Origin: Eledone cirrhosa
Lineage: Eukaryota
Direction of reading: 5' to 3'
DNA length: 64,000 nt
NCBI GenBank assembly: GCA_964016885.1
Contig: OZ024742.1
Location: forward strand, 262,756,001 to 262,820,000
In this document: piece after piece, positions 23,521 to 38,000 of the stretch
Layout of the letters: the number at the start of each line of letters is the position of its first letter
How positions within the stretch are numbered: the first letter of the stretch is position 1
The notes under the pieces: generated by a model
What the model was told of the DNA's origin: nothing
The model's input: the letters and a program-made list of their open reading frames with translations, nothing else
The model's database searches: none
Made by a program: the position numbers and the translations under genes

Positions 23521-26500
23521 CTCTCTCCAGTGTTATCTCCCTATCTCTAGAAACATGCTACAGAGAGCCCCATTTCCAAGAAGTGCAACTCCTCTAACAC
23601 TGCTAACTACCATCACTTTCAATATCTGAAAGTTAAAAACGGTCATTAACAACAATCTCCTCCAACATATTGAATCTCTCTCACTGCTTAATGACCACCA
23701 GTACAGCTCTCATTAAGTCAGATCTATTGAAAACCTACTCTTCTATGTTACTCAGCTATGGGCTCTCACACTTAGTGGAATTTAGTGAAAACAGTGTAGT
23801 TGCCTCAATATTAGCAAAGATTTCAACTATTTCTAGCATGTGAATTTTCTGATAAAACCATGGGCTTCATCTGTCTCTTGGAGTGGTGTTTTTTTTTTTT
23901 TGTTTTTTTTTTTTGTAGATTTTGCTCCATGGTGATGGAGCCGTTTCCGATTCACATACCATCAACTCTGGTATGCCCCAATATTTGGTTTTGATCCCCA
24001 CTCTTCTCTACATTAACAATCTACTTGATGTCACCTCCAACAATGCTTACTCCAATGCAGATGATACCACCCTTCATTCATCCCTAACCAACTGTACTCA
24101 AGCATCATCTGTACTCAAGCATCATCTATCCACATGCAACCTAGACACTTCATGCCAAATTTTCACTAACTCTATAAGCAGACATTATGGAAACATCTTC
24201 CAATGACATCATGTTGATTTTGTCTCCTTCAACAACACAAGGACACCATCTCTACACATCAAGAAAACAGTATTGTTACCTCCACCCATTCCATGAACAT
24301 GTAGCTAGAACCCTCATGGTCATTTCGAATGCTAGGCATCATCATCACTGATGATCTGTCTTGGCAAATGCTCATCCTCAAACTAGCTAAAACTGCATCA
24401 CAAAGACTGATGCTCCCCTTCAGAGACAGAAAATACATCAGTCCCTAACAACTACTAACCTTTTACAAACTGTGGTCATTTGCTGCTTACTGACCCAGAG
24501 CAGCTGCTACATATAAAGCCTACATTCTTAATTAAACTTCCTGAGATCCCACTACATCTCTTGTGTACCCATAGTTTGCATTTGGGACAGAGGATGGAAT
24601 TTCTACCAACACCTTTTCTACATTTAGCCGAGGGGATCAGGGCTCTGTTTTCCCTTCTACTTACTAGGACCTTAGTCTTTGTCAGGTTGATTTTAAACCC
24701 TTTGTTTCTAGGCCATGCTTCCAGGTTTGAAATTTCTTCTCTAATTCTGCCATAGATTCATGGGCAGCCAGTCTTAACTCCACTGTTATAGTGTATAACA
24801 AGCCAGCATTGTAGTGCTGGGTAAGGGTTGTTCAATATGTCATTAATGGAAGTAATACTGAATATGGATATCAAAAAATTACTTTTGTTCTTCTTGGAAT
24901 TATGTGGCTCATTAACATTGCTTGATGAACTCGTTTTATTGCTGTATTGAGCTCTACATTCGGCAGTTGATTTACCAACCTTTTTTGCAACTTTAGACCA
25001 AAATTTTGGATCTGCAGGTGGTAATGTAGACATGGTTCTGACAAAAATAAAATAAAAACAATTTCATTAAATATTTATATGTGTGTGGGTGTGCATGTGA
25101 ACAAAGATCAATAAGTGGAGGAATACACTTCATGTAAACTTGACAAGATAATTAAAAGCTCAATGTGCTATTACTATCAGTAATATGTGTGCATACATAT
25201 GGGTGTGTCATGAAAGTCACAGAAAGAGTTATAGCACAGCTGATTAGGGACCGAATTAACCTTGATGAAATGCAGTTTGGATTTCTGCCAGGTGAAAGTA
25301 CCACAGATGCTCTCTTCCTCATGAGGCAACTGCATGAAAAGTACCAAGCAAAAAGTAAACTCCTCTACTTAGTTTTCATTGACTTCAAGAAAGCCTTTGA
25401 CAGAGTTCCCCGTTCCATTAACTAGTGGGCTCTTAGAAAAGTAGGAGTAGATGAGTGGCTTGTGAAAGCTGTACAAGCCATGTATAGAGGAACAGTCAGC
25501 AAGGGAAAAATTATCAATGGCTATCGTGAAGAATTTAGTGTGCAGGTAAGTGTTCATCAGGGCTCCATCCTTAGCCCTTTTCTGTTTATTATTGCTCTGC
25601 AGGCTATAAAAGAAGAGTTTAAGACTGGCTGCCCATGGGCACTTCTATATGCAGATGATCTAACCTAACCCTCATAGTTGAGTCTATGGCAGTATTAGAG
25701 AAGAAATTCCAAACCTGGATGCACAGCCTAGAATCAAGACCTTAAAGTTAACTTGTCAAAGACTAAAGCCCTAACGTGTAGAAAGGAAAATAGGGCCCAG
25801 ATTCCCCCCAGGGAAATGGCCATGCTCAGTGTGTAGGAAAGGAGTAGGTAGAAATTCCATTCCATATCCCAAATGCAAGCTATGGGTACATAAAAGATGT
25901 AGTGGGGTCACAGGTAGGCTATCAAAGAACGTAGGCTTATATGCAGCCGATACACAGATGCAGTATGTAGCAAGTGCCCACAGGATACTAGCTCCTTCAA
26001 ATGTCCAGGCGGTTCTATAGAAATAGTCAACACCTTCTGTTACTTAGGTGACCAAATTAGCATTGGAGGAGGGTGTTTCGGAAGTACAGTAGCCAGAGTC
26101 AGAACAGGATGGAGAAAGTTCAGGGAACTATTACCACTGTTAGCTACAAAAGGTTTTCCCCTTAAAATGAAGGGCAGATTGTACAATGCATACATTCGAA
26201 CAGCAATGTTACATGGTAGTTAGACATGGGCACTGTGTGCAGAAGATCTGCAAAGATTGGAAAGATATGAAGCATACATGCTCAGCAAAGCATAAATGAA
26301 CTGAGAGAGAAATTAGCCATAAGAGGGATCAGATACTAGAGAGGAGATTGAGTTGGTATAGTCATGTGATGTGTATGAAGGATGATAGCTGTATAAAAAG
26401 GTGCAGAGCGATCAAAGTTGATGAAAGCTATGGAGTAGAAAGACTCAGGAAGATTTAGGATGAGGTGATAAAAGCTGACCTTGCGCAATAGCAACTCTCC

Positions 26501-29500
26501 AACACAATGATACAGAATCGAGATCTTTGGCATTATGCAGTAATACAGAAGACATGACTTCCCATGGGCACAGGCTGAAACTGAAGCATACATCCAGTGA
26601 AGCCTCCAACCCACACTGCAAAGACAGTGACACAGCAAAAAACACCCAGCCCACACTGTAAAGTCGTTGCGTAGGTGTCACTACAAAAAGTACCCAGTAC
26701 ACACTGTAAATAAGGTTGGCATTAAGAAGGGCATCCAGCCGTAGAAACCAAGCCAAAAACAGTTCTGCGTAACACCTGATCCAATTTGCTTCAAGCAAGA
26801 CATGGTCACCTGACCCAAATTGCCTCAAGCGAGACAACCCGTCAAACCCATGCTGGCATGGAAAAATGGACATTAACTGATGATGATAACACATACACAC
26901 ACATATAGTAGGGACAATAACATTGGTAGAATTTTATTTTTCAAATTGTTTTAATTTTTACTTTTTACTAAGGATTACTTCCTCTATATCCATCAATGTT
27001 ATTCCCAGTTGTAGAGATAACAATGCAAATGTGTAAATAACATTAAAAATTGCTCACAATTCCTTCAGAAGAACATTACAAATATAATGTATTTGATAAA
27101 CACAAATATAAACGCATAAAAGAGAGAAAAAAAGAGGGGGAGCAAAAACAAAAACAAACCTGCCAACCTCTAAAAACCAAAACAGGGAGTACCATGAAAA
27201 AAAGAAATGAGGCAAACTGGGGAGATTTTACATAATGAAAGCTATACCCATTTTCACAAGAGAAAACATCTCTCATCTACCCCATAGTGGATGGGAGATC
27301 TCCCCGTCGGACAGGGAGAGTTGACAGGTCTGCAAAAACGAAAACAACCATCAATTTACCACCAAGTGCGACAATCGACTGCACATCATAAGGGTCAACA
27401 GAACATTTTGAGGCAAGCCAACACACTCGCAACATTACCACGGGTGATGGCGAGGCTCAGGCACTGAAACAACCAAGCACCCTCATGGGCATCACCTGAC
27501 ACCTCAGTAAGGCAAGCCGTCAGCAACGACAAGAACTTCACTTTCAGCAGCCCAACTCCACCATACATCTCAAATGCCACAGGCTGGAAAAATAATTACT
27601 AGATCCAGGTATTTCCAATTCCACGTAGATCGAGATTAATGATATGGAGTTGCATAAGTACTATCGATTAGTCACTATATCGATTTATCATGGTCAATCA
27701 ACCTTCTGAAACGATTGTAAAACAATGAACTAATTAAGAATACAATATAATTAAGAACTAAACTTCGCCTTTTGTTTTCATTGTTCAACACATACACACA
27801 TATGTAAATATATATATATATATATATATGTCAGGTAAAAGTACCACAGACGCTCTTTTCCTTGTACGACAACTACAAGAGAAGTACCTAGCTAAAAGTA
27901 AACCCCTCTACTTAGCTTTTGTAGACCTGGAGAAAGCTTTTGACACAGTCCCCCGCTACATTATCTGGTAGGTTCTTAGAAAATTAGGTGTAGATGAATG
28001 GCTTGTGAGAGCTATACAAGCTATGTATAATGAAACAGTCAGCAAGGTTAGAATTAACAATGAATATTGTGAAGAATTTAGTGTAAAAGTTGGTGTTCAC
28101 CAAGGCTCTGTCCTTAGCCCCCTCTTATTTATTATTGCCCTTCAGGCTATAACAGAGGAGTTCAAAACCGGCTGCCCATGGGAATTCCTATACACAGATG
28201 ATCTAACGCTCATAGCTGAATCAATGGCTGAACTAGAGAAAAAATTCCAAACATGGAAGCATGGCCTAGAATCAAAAGGCCTTAAAGTTAACTTGTCTAA
28301 GACTAAAGTTCTAGTTTGTAGAAAGGAAAATAGGGCACAGGTGCCCTCAGAGAAATGGCCATGCTCAGTGTGTAGGAAAGGAGTAGGCAGAAATTCCATT
28401 TTATGTCCCAAAAGATGTAGTGGGATCACAGGTAAACTATCTAAGAACGTAGACTTTATATGTGGCCGATGCTCAGGTGCAATAAGTAGCAAGTGTCCAA
28501 AGGATACTAGCTCCTTCTATTGCTCAGATGGTTCTATAGAAATAGTAGACACTTTCCGTTACCTGAGTGACGGGATGGAGCTTCCTGGGTAGGAAGCTCC
28601 AACCGTTAAGGTTGTCTTTTTTTCCGGGTATGTCAATATTTATTTATAAAACAAATCTGTATTTTATCTGATGAAAGCGCACCATAATTTGCCTTGGTGG
28701 CCCTTGAAATATGTATAATAAAATAAATATGGTTTTATAAATATAGTTTCCATTTATTAATATATTGTATATATATATATATATATATACAAGTATATAG
28801 TTATATAGTTACGTTTTGTGTCCGTTAATTTTCTGGTTAAATACGTCTTAGTTTATGATTTTTCTTAATTCTTTTGATTTTAAGATAAGTATAAGTTATC
28901 TCCCTTTTGATTTTATAATTTAAAAAATATTTTTGTTTGTCTTAAGATTACGTATTGTAACGTTATTTTTGAAAATGCTTTATATCATACGAACTGCTTA
29001 ATAGATATATTTCTTTATTAGCCACAGGGGCACAAAAGAAGGGGACAAATACAAAGGGGGAAGTTTACATACAATAAAAACGTGTAAAATGTTATCACAG
29101 ATGGAATTTAAAAGTTAGTCGATTTTCCCCAATAGAGGGAGACAGTTTATATGGGTAACACATACCCCCGAAAAAAAATGTGCAACCTTCATCTCCAGGA
29201 GTACGAAGAGCTTGTACTCCTTTCCTCTCCTCCTCCTTTTCCTCAACCTACAGGCTGATATAGAGAGAAGGCCCATTCACTCGGGCCATTCTCGCCACTT
29301 TCACCCACCTTTCATAAAACTTGCTGGGGTACAGCACCTCTCTCTCCATCCTGATTCTTCTTCCAAAGTGGTATTTGAAAAAAAGAATCAGTTGTTGGCC
29401 GGAGAGAAAGGTGTCTGACCTCAGCCCTTTCAACCTTGTCCACCATACAACCTCTTTCGCCATAGCTATCACACAAAGGAAAACCGCCTCTCCTTCGTTT

Positions 29501-32500
29501 TTGAAGGAGGGTGGCGGTTTGATCATGACAATGGACTCGGTGGTCAACTGGATTGGTCCCACCCGCGACAATAGTCGTTCTACATAGCCCCACAGGTCAG
29601 TGACGCCCGGGCAGTGTATGAATGCGTGCGCGACGGTTTCTTCGTCTCGCACGCACCTCGGACAGATCTTTTTTGCAGGGTCCCTGCCCGGGCGCCAATG
29701 TCTGTAGAGCTTGTCTCGAACTGGTAGAGCTCCTCGGTAGCACTGCCAGGCCAGGGACTTTTGGAAGTTGTCCATCGGCCCCGGGCGGAAGGTCCTACCG
29801 AACAGACTGGCCAGTTCATCTTCCTCTACGCCTAGAGTTTCACCGAGCGCGTCGTCGCACTTGCTGCGGACCAACCCTCTATAGAATGACGAAGTGGAGT
29901 CTCCACTGATCGCCGGGTCCGCCTGCCAGAGGGCTGTGAGCGCCTGAGCACATTCGATGTGCCAGTCGCCCATTTTCCTCGGTCTCTGCTTGACCCAGGA
30001 CTGCAGCTCGGTCAGCGAGACGAGTCATGGGAAGGCTCGCCTCACGAACGGGGCCCACACCGGTTGTCCAGTGAGGAATACGTAGAGATGCCGCAGCCTG
30101 AGCGCGTGTTTGCGCATCGTCAACCACGGCATCCCCAGCCCTCCGTTAGAAGGGTGTTGGCAGCAGATGGATCTTCTCACCAAAGGAGCCCGCCTCTTCC
30201 AAAGGAATCGGAAGAGCGCGCGCTCCATTTTGGCGAGCGTTTTGGCTGGACAAGGCACAACGGTCAAGCGGTAGTAGATGGCGGACGCTATAAAAGTGTT
30301 CGCCACCTCCGCTCGACCTTTCAAGGATAGTTTGCACTCGGCCCACTTCTGGGTGAGTGCAAACACCTTGGCCGTCACTTCGTTCCAGTTCTTCTCCACC
30401 TGGAGGTTCGGACCAAACCAGACCCCGAGCAGCTTTACCGGTCCCTCCGTCCAGCGTCCGACGACGCCATCGGAAGGCATCGGTCTGCCTCTCCACGATC
30501 CGAGTTGCAAACCGATGGACTTGTCCCGGTTCAGCTTCGCTCCTGTGAGACTTTCGTATTCCTTTAGTAAGGTGCCGACTTCCTCGATTTGCGAGGCGCT
30601 CGACACCGCTTAATAGATAAATAATATGATTGTATCGTATATTGATATTAATTATATTCCTTTATTGTTCGTTCCCTGGGACTACTTTAATGGCTTCCAT
30701 TTATCTCTGATGAGTTGACTATAATTAAATCAATATGAAAACACTAAGTTCTCATAAATCCTATGTATGTACACAACTTGATTTTAATTCTCGTCAACGA
30801 AACGTACGTAAGATAATAAATGATTTAGAAGGGCATATTAACCTTATTGATGGGTTGGTATTGAAGTCATCCTTATGATCCTTGAAAATCTTGTTGTTTC
30901 AGAGTATATGATTCAGTATATTTTTCTAAATTTATCTTATTAACGATGGTTGTCCTTTTACATTAATCTCATTTAAGTCATTGATAGTGGTTTTCCTATA
31001 ATTCTTATTTAATTCCTTATATATAAATGTTCTATACGTTTCATAATCTAAAGTATCAGCCTTTATTTTATCTTGTTTATCAAAGTTTTTAATAGTGACA
31101 CTAAGATTTTTAAGGAATGGGTTTTTGTTAATGTGGTCTTTTGTATTTAATGTGTTTAATAAGTTTCAGTAAATCATCCTCAAAATTGTCCACAGACATA
31201 TTGTGTGGTGGGTTCCAATATGTTTTAAATGCATAGTTTTCAAATGTCGGTTTATCTTGGTTTTCCTTATTAGTCTTGTTGTTGTCATAATGGAATGCAA
31301 GCCATCTGATGCGTTTAATAAAGGATAAGTGAATTCAATACCAACCTATCAATAAGGTTACTATGCCCTTCTAAATCTGATATGAGAAAACTTAGTAAAA
31401 AGATTTTAGACAAAGTCATCTCTATAATAAAACAAAAAAATATTTAATATTGGTGGTAACACTAATGTAGGTATTGTTTGTTTAATAAGCTTGAAAATAA
31501 AAAAAATCTAATTCATCCAATTTGATATTAACACATATTACACATCTATATCCCCTAATTTATTGAACCAGGCTCTTGTTATGTCATTGAGATTAAGTGA
31601 CCTTACTAGATATAATTTTAGCGACTCGTAAGACTTTGAAGGTAGTTTATGGCCACATACTAATACACCAAATAACTTTGATATCACAATGGGATCCAGT
31701 GATTCAGCCCAAGACACTGATCTTGTTGCATTATATTTATTAAGAGAAATTAGCAAGAATATCCCATACTTAAAGGGTGGATTATACTGAGATGATGCTC
31801 TTTTTGCTTTAGAGTTTAAAAAACATAACATAGAAAGAACTAGAAAGGACTTTATTAACTCTTTAAAAGTAATAACCAAGGTATAACTGTAGACGTAAAA
31901 ACAGGCACTTACAGGCAAACAACTCTTCTATGTTGATAAGAAATCAAGTCACCCTAAAGTAAGACTTAACTCAATAGTTAAATGTATATCTAATAGTATT
32001 AGCACTTTGACTTATAACGAAGCTGTCTTTAACCAATAATGACACTTTATCTCAGCCTGGCCACACTGATTAAATTAGATATATAAATGGTAGTGTACAT
32101 GAGAGTAGGCCACGTAATATAATATACAATATGGCAATGAAAAGGTCTGGATTGAAACATCATAATAATGAGCTATATAACCATAGAAATGATAAGATTA
32201 CACAAACACAAAACACCAATATTATCATCATCAATTATCATCATCGTTTAACGTCCATATTCCACGCTTGCATAGGTTTGGACGGGAGTTTTCCCACTTG
32301 AGGCAAGAGTGGTTGTCTTGCTCGCATAGGACTGTCTGGCGGGTTTTCTACGGCTGGATGCCCTTCCTAACACCAACCACATTTACAGTGTGGGACTGGG
32401 AGGTTTTTACCGTGTTACCTACACGGCCACATTACAGCGTGGACTGTGTGTTTTTTTTTGTCGTGACACCTACACAACCTCATTTGTTTCGGCCTGGATG

Positions 32501-34973
32501 TTTTGGCACCAACATAACTTTACATTGAAAGGGGCGGTGTGGATGGGGTGGGGGTGGTGGGACGGGGGGGGGGGGTATTTTGTTAGAGGTGCCTACTGAC
32601 TGTAGTAGGTTTTACTTTGTATTTAGGTAAGGCAGGTCTTCTCTATTACTGAGTACCGCCAAAGATCTTGGTCCAGTGACATTATCTTGGAGAGGTGTAA
32701 GTGTGTGAGGTCGGAATTTATCAAGTCGTCCCAGGTTTTTCTGGGTCTGCCTACTCCGTGGCTACCGTCTATCTTTATTGCCCTGCACTTTTTTATACAG
32801 CTGTCGTCTTTCATGCGCATCACGTGACCATACCAACGTAGCCTTCTCTCGATTAAACAACATCTGATCCCTCTTATTTCTAATTTTTCCCTTAGTTCGT
32901 TAATGCTTTGCCGTTCACGTATATTACTATTACACATCCAGCGGAGCATGCAAGCTTCGTTCCTCTCTAGTCTGCGTATATCCTCTGCACACAATGCCCA
33001 GGTCTCACTGCCATGCAACATTGCTGTTCGTATGCAGGCATCATACAGCCTGCCTTTCATTTTTAGGGAGAACCCTTTAGCGGCTAATAGTGGTATAAGC
33101 TCTCTGAACTTTTTCCATCCAGTTCTGACTCTAGCTACTGTACTTTCAGAGCACCCTCCCCCACTGCTGATTTTGTTACCCAGGTAACAGAAGCTGTCCA
33201 TTATTTCTATAGAACCCTCTACGCAATTGAAAAAGCTAGTATTTTGTGGGCACTTGCTGCTACTTATTGCACCAGAGCACCGGCCACATGTAAAATCTAT
33301 GTTCTTAGTTAGCTTACCTGTGATCCCACTACATCTTTTATGCACCCATACTTTCCTACACACTGAGCATGGCCATTTCCCGGAAGGGACCGGCGCCTTA
33401 TTTTCTTTCCTACAAACTAGAACTTTAGTCTTAGCCAGGTTAATTTTAAGGCCTTTTGATTCTAGGCCGTGCTTCCATGTTTGGAATTTCTTCTCTAGCT
33501 CGGCCATTGATTCAGCTATGAGCGTTAGATCATCTGCATATAGGAGTTCCCATGGGCAGCCGGTCTTGAACTCCACTGTTATAGCCTGAAGGGCAATAAT
33601 AAATAGTAGGGGGCTAAGAACAGAGCCCTGATGAACACCAACTTTTACGCTAAACTCTTCACTATATTCGTTGTTAATTCTAACCTTGCTGACTGTTTCT
33701 TTATACATGTCTTGTATAGCTCTCACAAGCCATTCATCAACACCTAGTTTTCTAAGAGCCCACCAGATAATGGAACGGGGGACTCTGTCGAAGGCTTTCT
33801 CCAAGTCGACAAAAGCTAAGTATAGGGGTTTACTTTTAGCTAGGTATTTCTCCTGTAGTTGTCGTACAATGAAAAGAGCATCTGTGGTACTTTTGCCTGA
33901 CACAAACCCGAACTGCATTTCATCTAGGTCAATTCTCTCTCTGATTAGTTGCGCTATTACTTTTTCCGTGACCTTCATGACCTGGTCGATTAATTTAATG
34001 CCTCTATAGTTACTCCTATCTAGGGCGTCTCCTTTACCCTTATAACAGTTAACGATGATGCTGCTACGCCAGTCCTTCGGAACAACCCCATTCTGTATGA
34101 CTTGGTTTACTATCCGGGTGACCATGGTGTGTCCCACCATTCCAGAGGCTTTCAGTATCTCAGCAACTATTTCCGAAGGCCCAGCCACCTTACCCGTCTT
34201 CATATCTTTGATTGCCTTACTTATTATACTACCTTCAACTAACACTGCTGGTCCCTCTATTGGGTCGATGTGGGGGAGACTGTCTTTCTCCCATTTATTC
34301 TCCTCATTTAGTAGCCTTTCGTAGTGACACTGCCAAGCTACCTTCTTATCAACGTCAGTGATGGCAAGTACGCCATCATCATTAAGTACACACTTCTCCC
34401 CGACAATATCACGGTTTTCCTTGACACATTGCCTAACAATCCTGAACACCTCACGTTTTTGGTCCTCACGTTGTAGAACATGCTTGAACTTTCTTTCCTC
34501 TGCTTCCCTTCTTGCAAAGTACACTTGTCTCCTAGCTTCTCTCCTGGCCACTTGATAGTCTTCTCTACTTCCCCCATCCCGCCATACTTTCCAAGCCTGC
34601 TTTTTGGCCTTAATTGCATCTTCCACCTTACTGTTCCACCACCATGTTACTCTTCCTCCTGCCTATAGGCCTGCTCCAGCCACAGACTTCGTCTGCCGCC
34701 ATAAGCAGGTTTGCTTTCAGGAATTCCCATTATACATAATAATAATAGTGAAAAATATATTAGGAACAATAAAATAAACACACATATACCTAAACTCTTT
34801 AATTGAGTATTGATGAGTATTGACATACATGTACGTCAATACTCATCTTTTTCCATTTCTTAGAGGGTTTTAAACCTCACTATCAGGCTAAAATTTCTTT
34901 AGTCAAAAACTACGGCGAAAGCTTCTTTTTCTATTTCAAACAATGCTTGCTGTTTCAAAAACAAACTTACTTG

Positions 34974-35034
<61 letters not shown>

Positions 35035-38000
35035 TATGTAAACATATGTATATGTGTAACCTTTTTTTTTAAGGTAAAGAGGATTCTTCAGTTATACCAA
35101 GGACATGACAACCTTTTTAGTGCTGGTGATACAATAAAATGCACACAGTATATTCAGTAAAGTGGTTGGCATGAGAAAGGGCATCTTGCCATGGAAACTA
35201 TGCCAAAAAAGGATAGAGGGGATTTTTCAGTTACATCAAGGTCTTGATAATGTATCTAGTGCCGGTGACACAATAAAATGCACCCAGTACACTCTGTAAA
35301 GTGGTTACCAATGGGAAGGGTATCTAGTTGTATAAATCATGCCAAAAATGAAACATATTAAGTGAAATATGGTCCTCCAGCCCATCTAGAAGGGCAGTAA
35401 CTCTGATAACGTACTGACTTGGTCTGTGACCACATGAAAAAGCAGAAATAAAATTATGCTAGTAATTGCATGAGCCAATTTTTCAAATTCAGAAATAAAC
35501 AAAAAAGTGACATTTTACCTCTTCATGCATTCTATCTCTGCTGTAGTCCAAATGGATTCTTTCTTCTCGTATTTAGCTGCAGAGTTTGAAGACTTCTTAT
35601 CTTTCCTCTTCGTGGCCTCATTTTTTGAGGATGATCTCTTACTAATTTTTTCATTTGGTTTATTCATTTTCATTGTTGATACTGTATCACTTTCTGTAGA
35701 AGCCTCAAAATTTGAATCACTGGAGCTAGATGTTCTCTTGGGGCTAACTCCTTTCCGATATCTATTTTTCTCTGTTTTAGAAACTGATTTTTTAGGTGGT
35801 GATTTGCTTTTCCTGCTTTTAGGATGTAGCTGCTTCTGCTTCATAGGAGAAAGAGATTTTCTTGTTGAGGATGAAACTTTTCTTTTCGAAGAAGTACGCT
35901 CAATTCTTGTTGGAGAATTAGATTTCCTTGTTGGATATCTAGATTCTTTCTTAGTATGTCTTTTTCTGAGTGAAATTTTGAAGTCAGAATCAGGCATATT
36001 ACTTTCCTCAGAACTGTTTGATTCCAAGGAAATTTGAATTTCTTGCTGCTGTTTCATTGATTTCTTATTTATTGGCTTCTTAAACTGTGGTGAGTTGGTA
36101 TGATGCTCATTCTCAAGTTTATGAATTTTATTGTCAATTACATTATGACTGGAAGTCTTTTTTAATTTTGAATGCAATGTTGCGGAATTTGAGCTTTTTT
36201 GCCGAGTCCCTACTTTCATCTTCACAGAATAGTTATTTAAACCACTAGAAGGATTCTTGTTTCTATCTTTAGCATCAAATATTTGTAAGAAATCAGTAAC
36301 TGTACTGTCCATTTCTGTCAAATCATCCACCTCACTTGGATTAGAGATTTCATCTGAGAGAGAACTTTCCTAAAAATATAAAATATGTATATGAGAGAGT
36401 CACCAAATGAGTGGTAAAAGTGAGAGGAGAGCAAGAGAATATGGAAGTAAAAATACAACACAAATGTTTTAAGGCCACCTCCTCTACTAAAGGAAGGGTT
36501 AGATGTGAGAGCCCCATGACAAACTTCATACCAATCATGAGATCCTTTTCAAGGCAATATTTTACGCCTGGATGCCCTTCCTGGCACCAACCATTTTAGT
36601 CACCTTTAAGATGCACAGGGATATGGTGTACTTATTCTAAACTAGATACACACAGTCTCTAAAAAAGGGAGGAGAGCAAGATAAATGGGAAGTGGAGATG
36701 AAAGAAAATGTGAAAGCGAGAAATAATTTATTACAAATAATCTTTTATTTTTTAAGTATCTATCTTATAATATAAAAATGATCGACAATTCAATGTGTGA
36801 TTTAATAAACTTTGTTGCTGCTGCATCGTCATCATCATCATCATCATTTAACATCCACTTTCCCTGTTGGACAGGTCTTTACAGACCAAATCAGAACTGA
36901 AACAGAACCACAGACCTCCCAAACAGGCTAGGGGTCTGCACCTCACTTACATTTTATCATGGCACCAGCACAAGAGAGGTTGTGAAAGTAGATTGCTGTT
37001 ATATGGATGACAAGTTTATAACTCTTCATAAACAATATAAGATGTGAAGAAGACTACAGTATGTTAACTGAATACTGAAAGCTAATACATCAGGTAAGGA
37101 GCAGTTTCTAACCATTCTAAAACTGCATGCACAGTTTATAATATTGTTCTTAGTTTGCTAGTCATACCATTCAATTGTGAAATGGGAGTTGTATATGTTG
37201 CACACAAAGAATGCTAAAGGAAGTATTCTCTTTTTCTATCAGACCACAGCATTTGTGCTACAACAAAGTTTGATCTCTAGAACCTGTGACCAGTAAGAAC
37301 AGCTCACAACCACTTAAAACAGTACAAGTAGATCCATCGGGTGAAAAAACAAATAATGGAAAGGAACCAATCAACAGATTGGACCAAGGAAACTGTTTTC
37401 AATGATCTATCCATTGCTGATATTATCTACTGATTGCAAATTCCTGATAAAAACGTAGCCACATATTTGGTGACAGGAGGTGTAATTTGAACTCAGAACA
37501 CACAAAGCTGAAACAGATACCTACAAAGTTACCATCTAACTCTTAAATAATTCCACCATTTCATGTCCTTGGAGTGATACTTTGTTTACAGATTGCAAAA
37601 GAATAAAAAGCAAAGTGGACCATAGCAGCATTTAAACTGAGAGTACAGAGAACCAAAACAAAAACTGAGGCATTTAATCCAACAATCAAACAACTCTACC
37701 AATTTTCTGCCTATTAGATGAGAAGCTTACCTGTAAAGATTTTTCAGAAGGCACATTATTGTGAAATGTAGAAGTCATTTCAGCTGTAGTGGTAGCATTT
37801 TCAGTTGACTTCAAATTGTTGGAAGCTGAAAGAAATATATTTAATTACAATACTTGATAAACAAAGAATTATGAACCATTTACATTTACTGCAATGAAAA
37901 AAGAATTAGAAGAAACCTGCTTCTGTGTTCTATTTGTGCATTACATGTTTAACACAAAGGTTGGCACATCTACTAGAACTCATTTATCAAAGAACAGAAA

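Noticed and set aside
35507-36037. Plus-strand hydrophobic ORFs (also 49480-49869 and those opposite RTE ORFs)
   Set aside because: Antisense shadows of K/S-rich exons or transposon ORFs.
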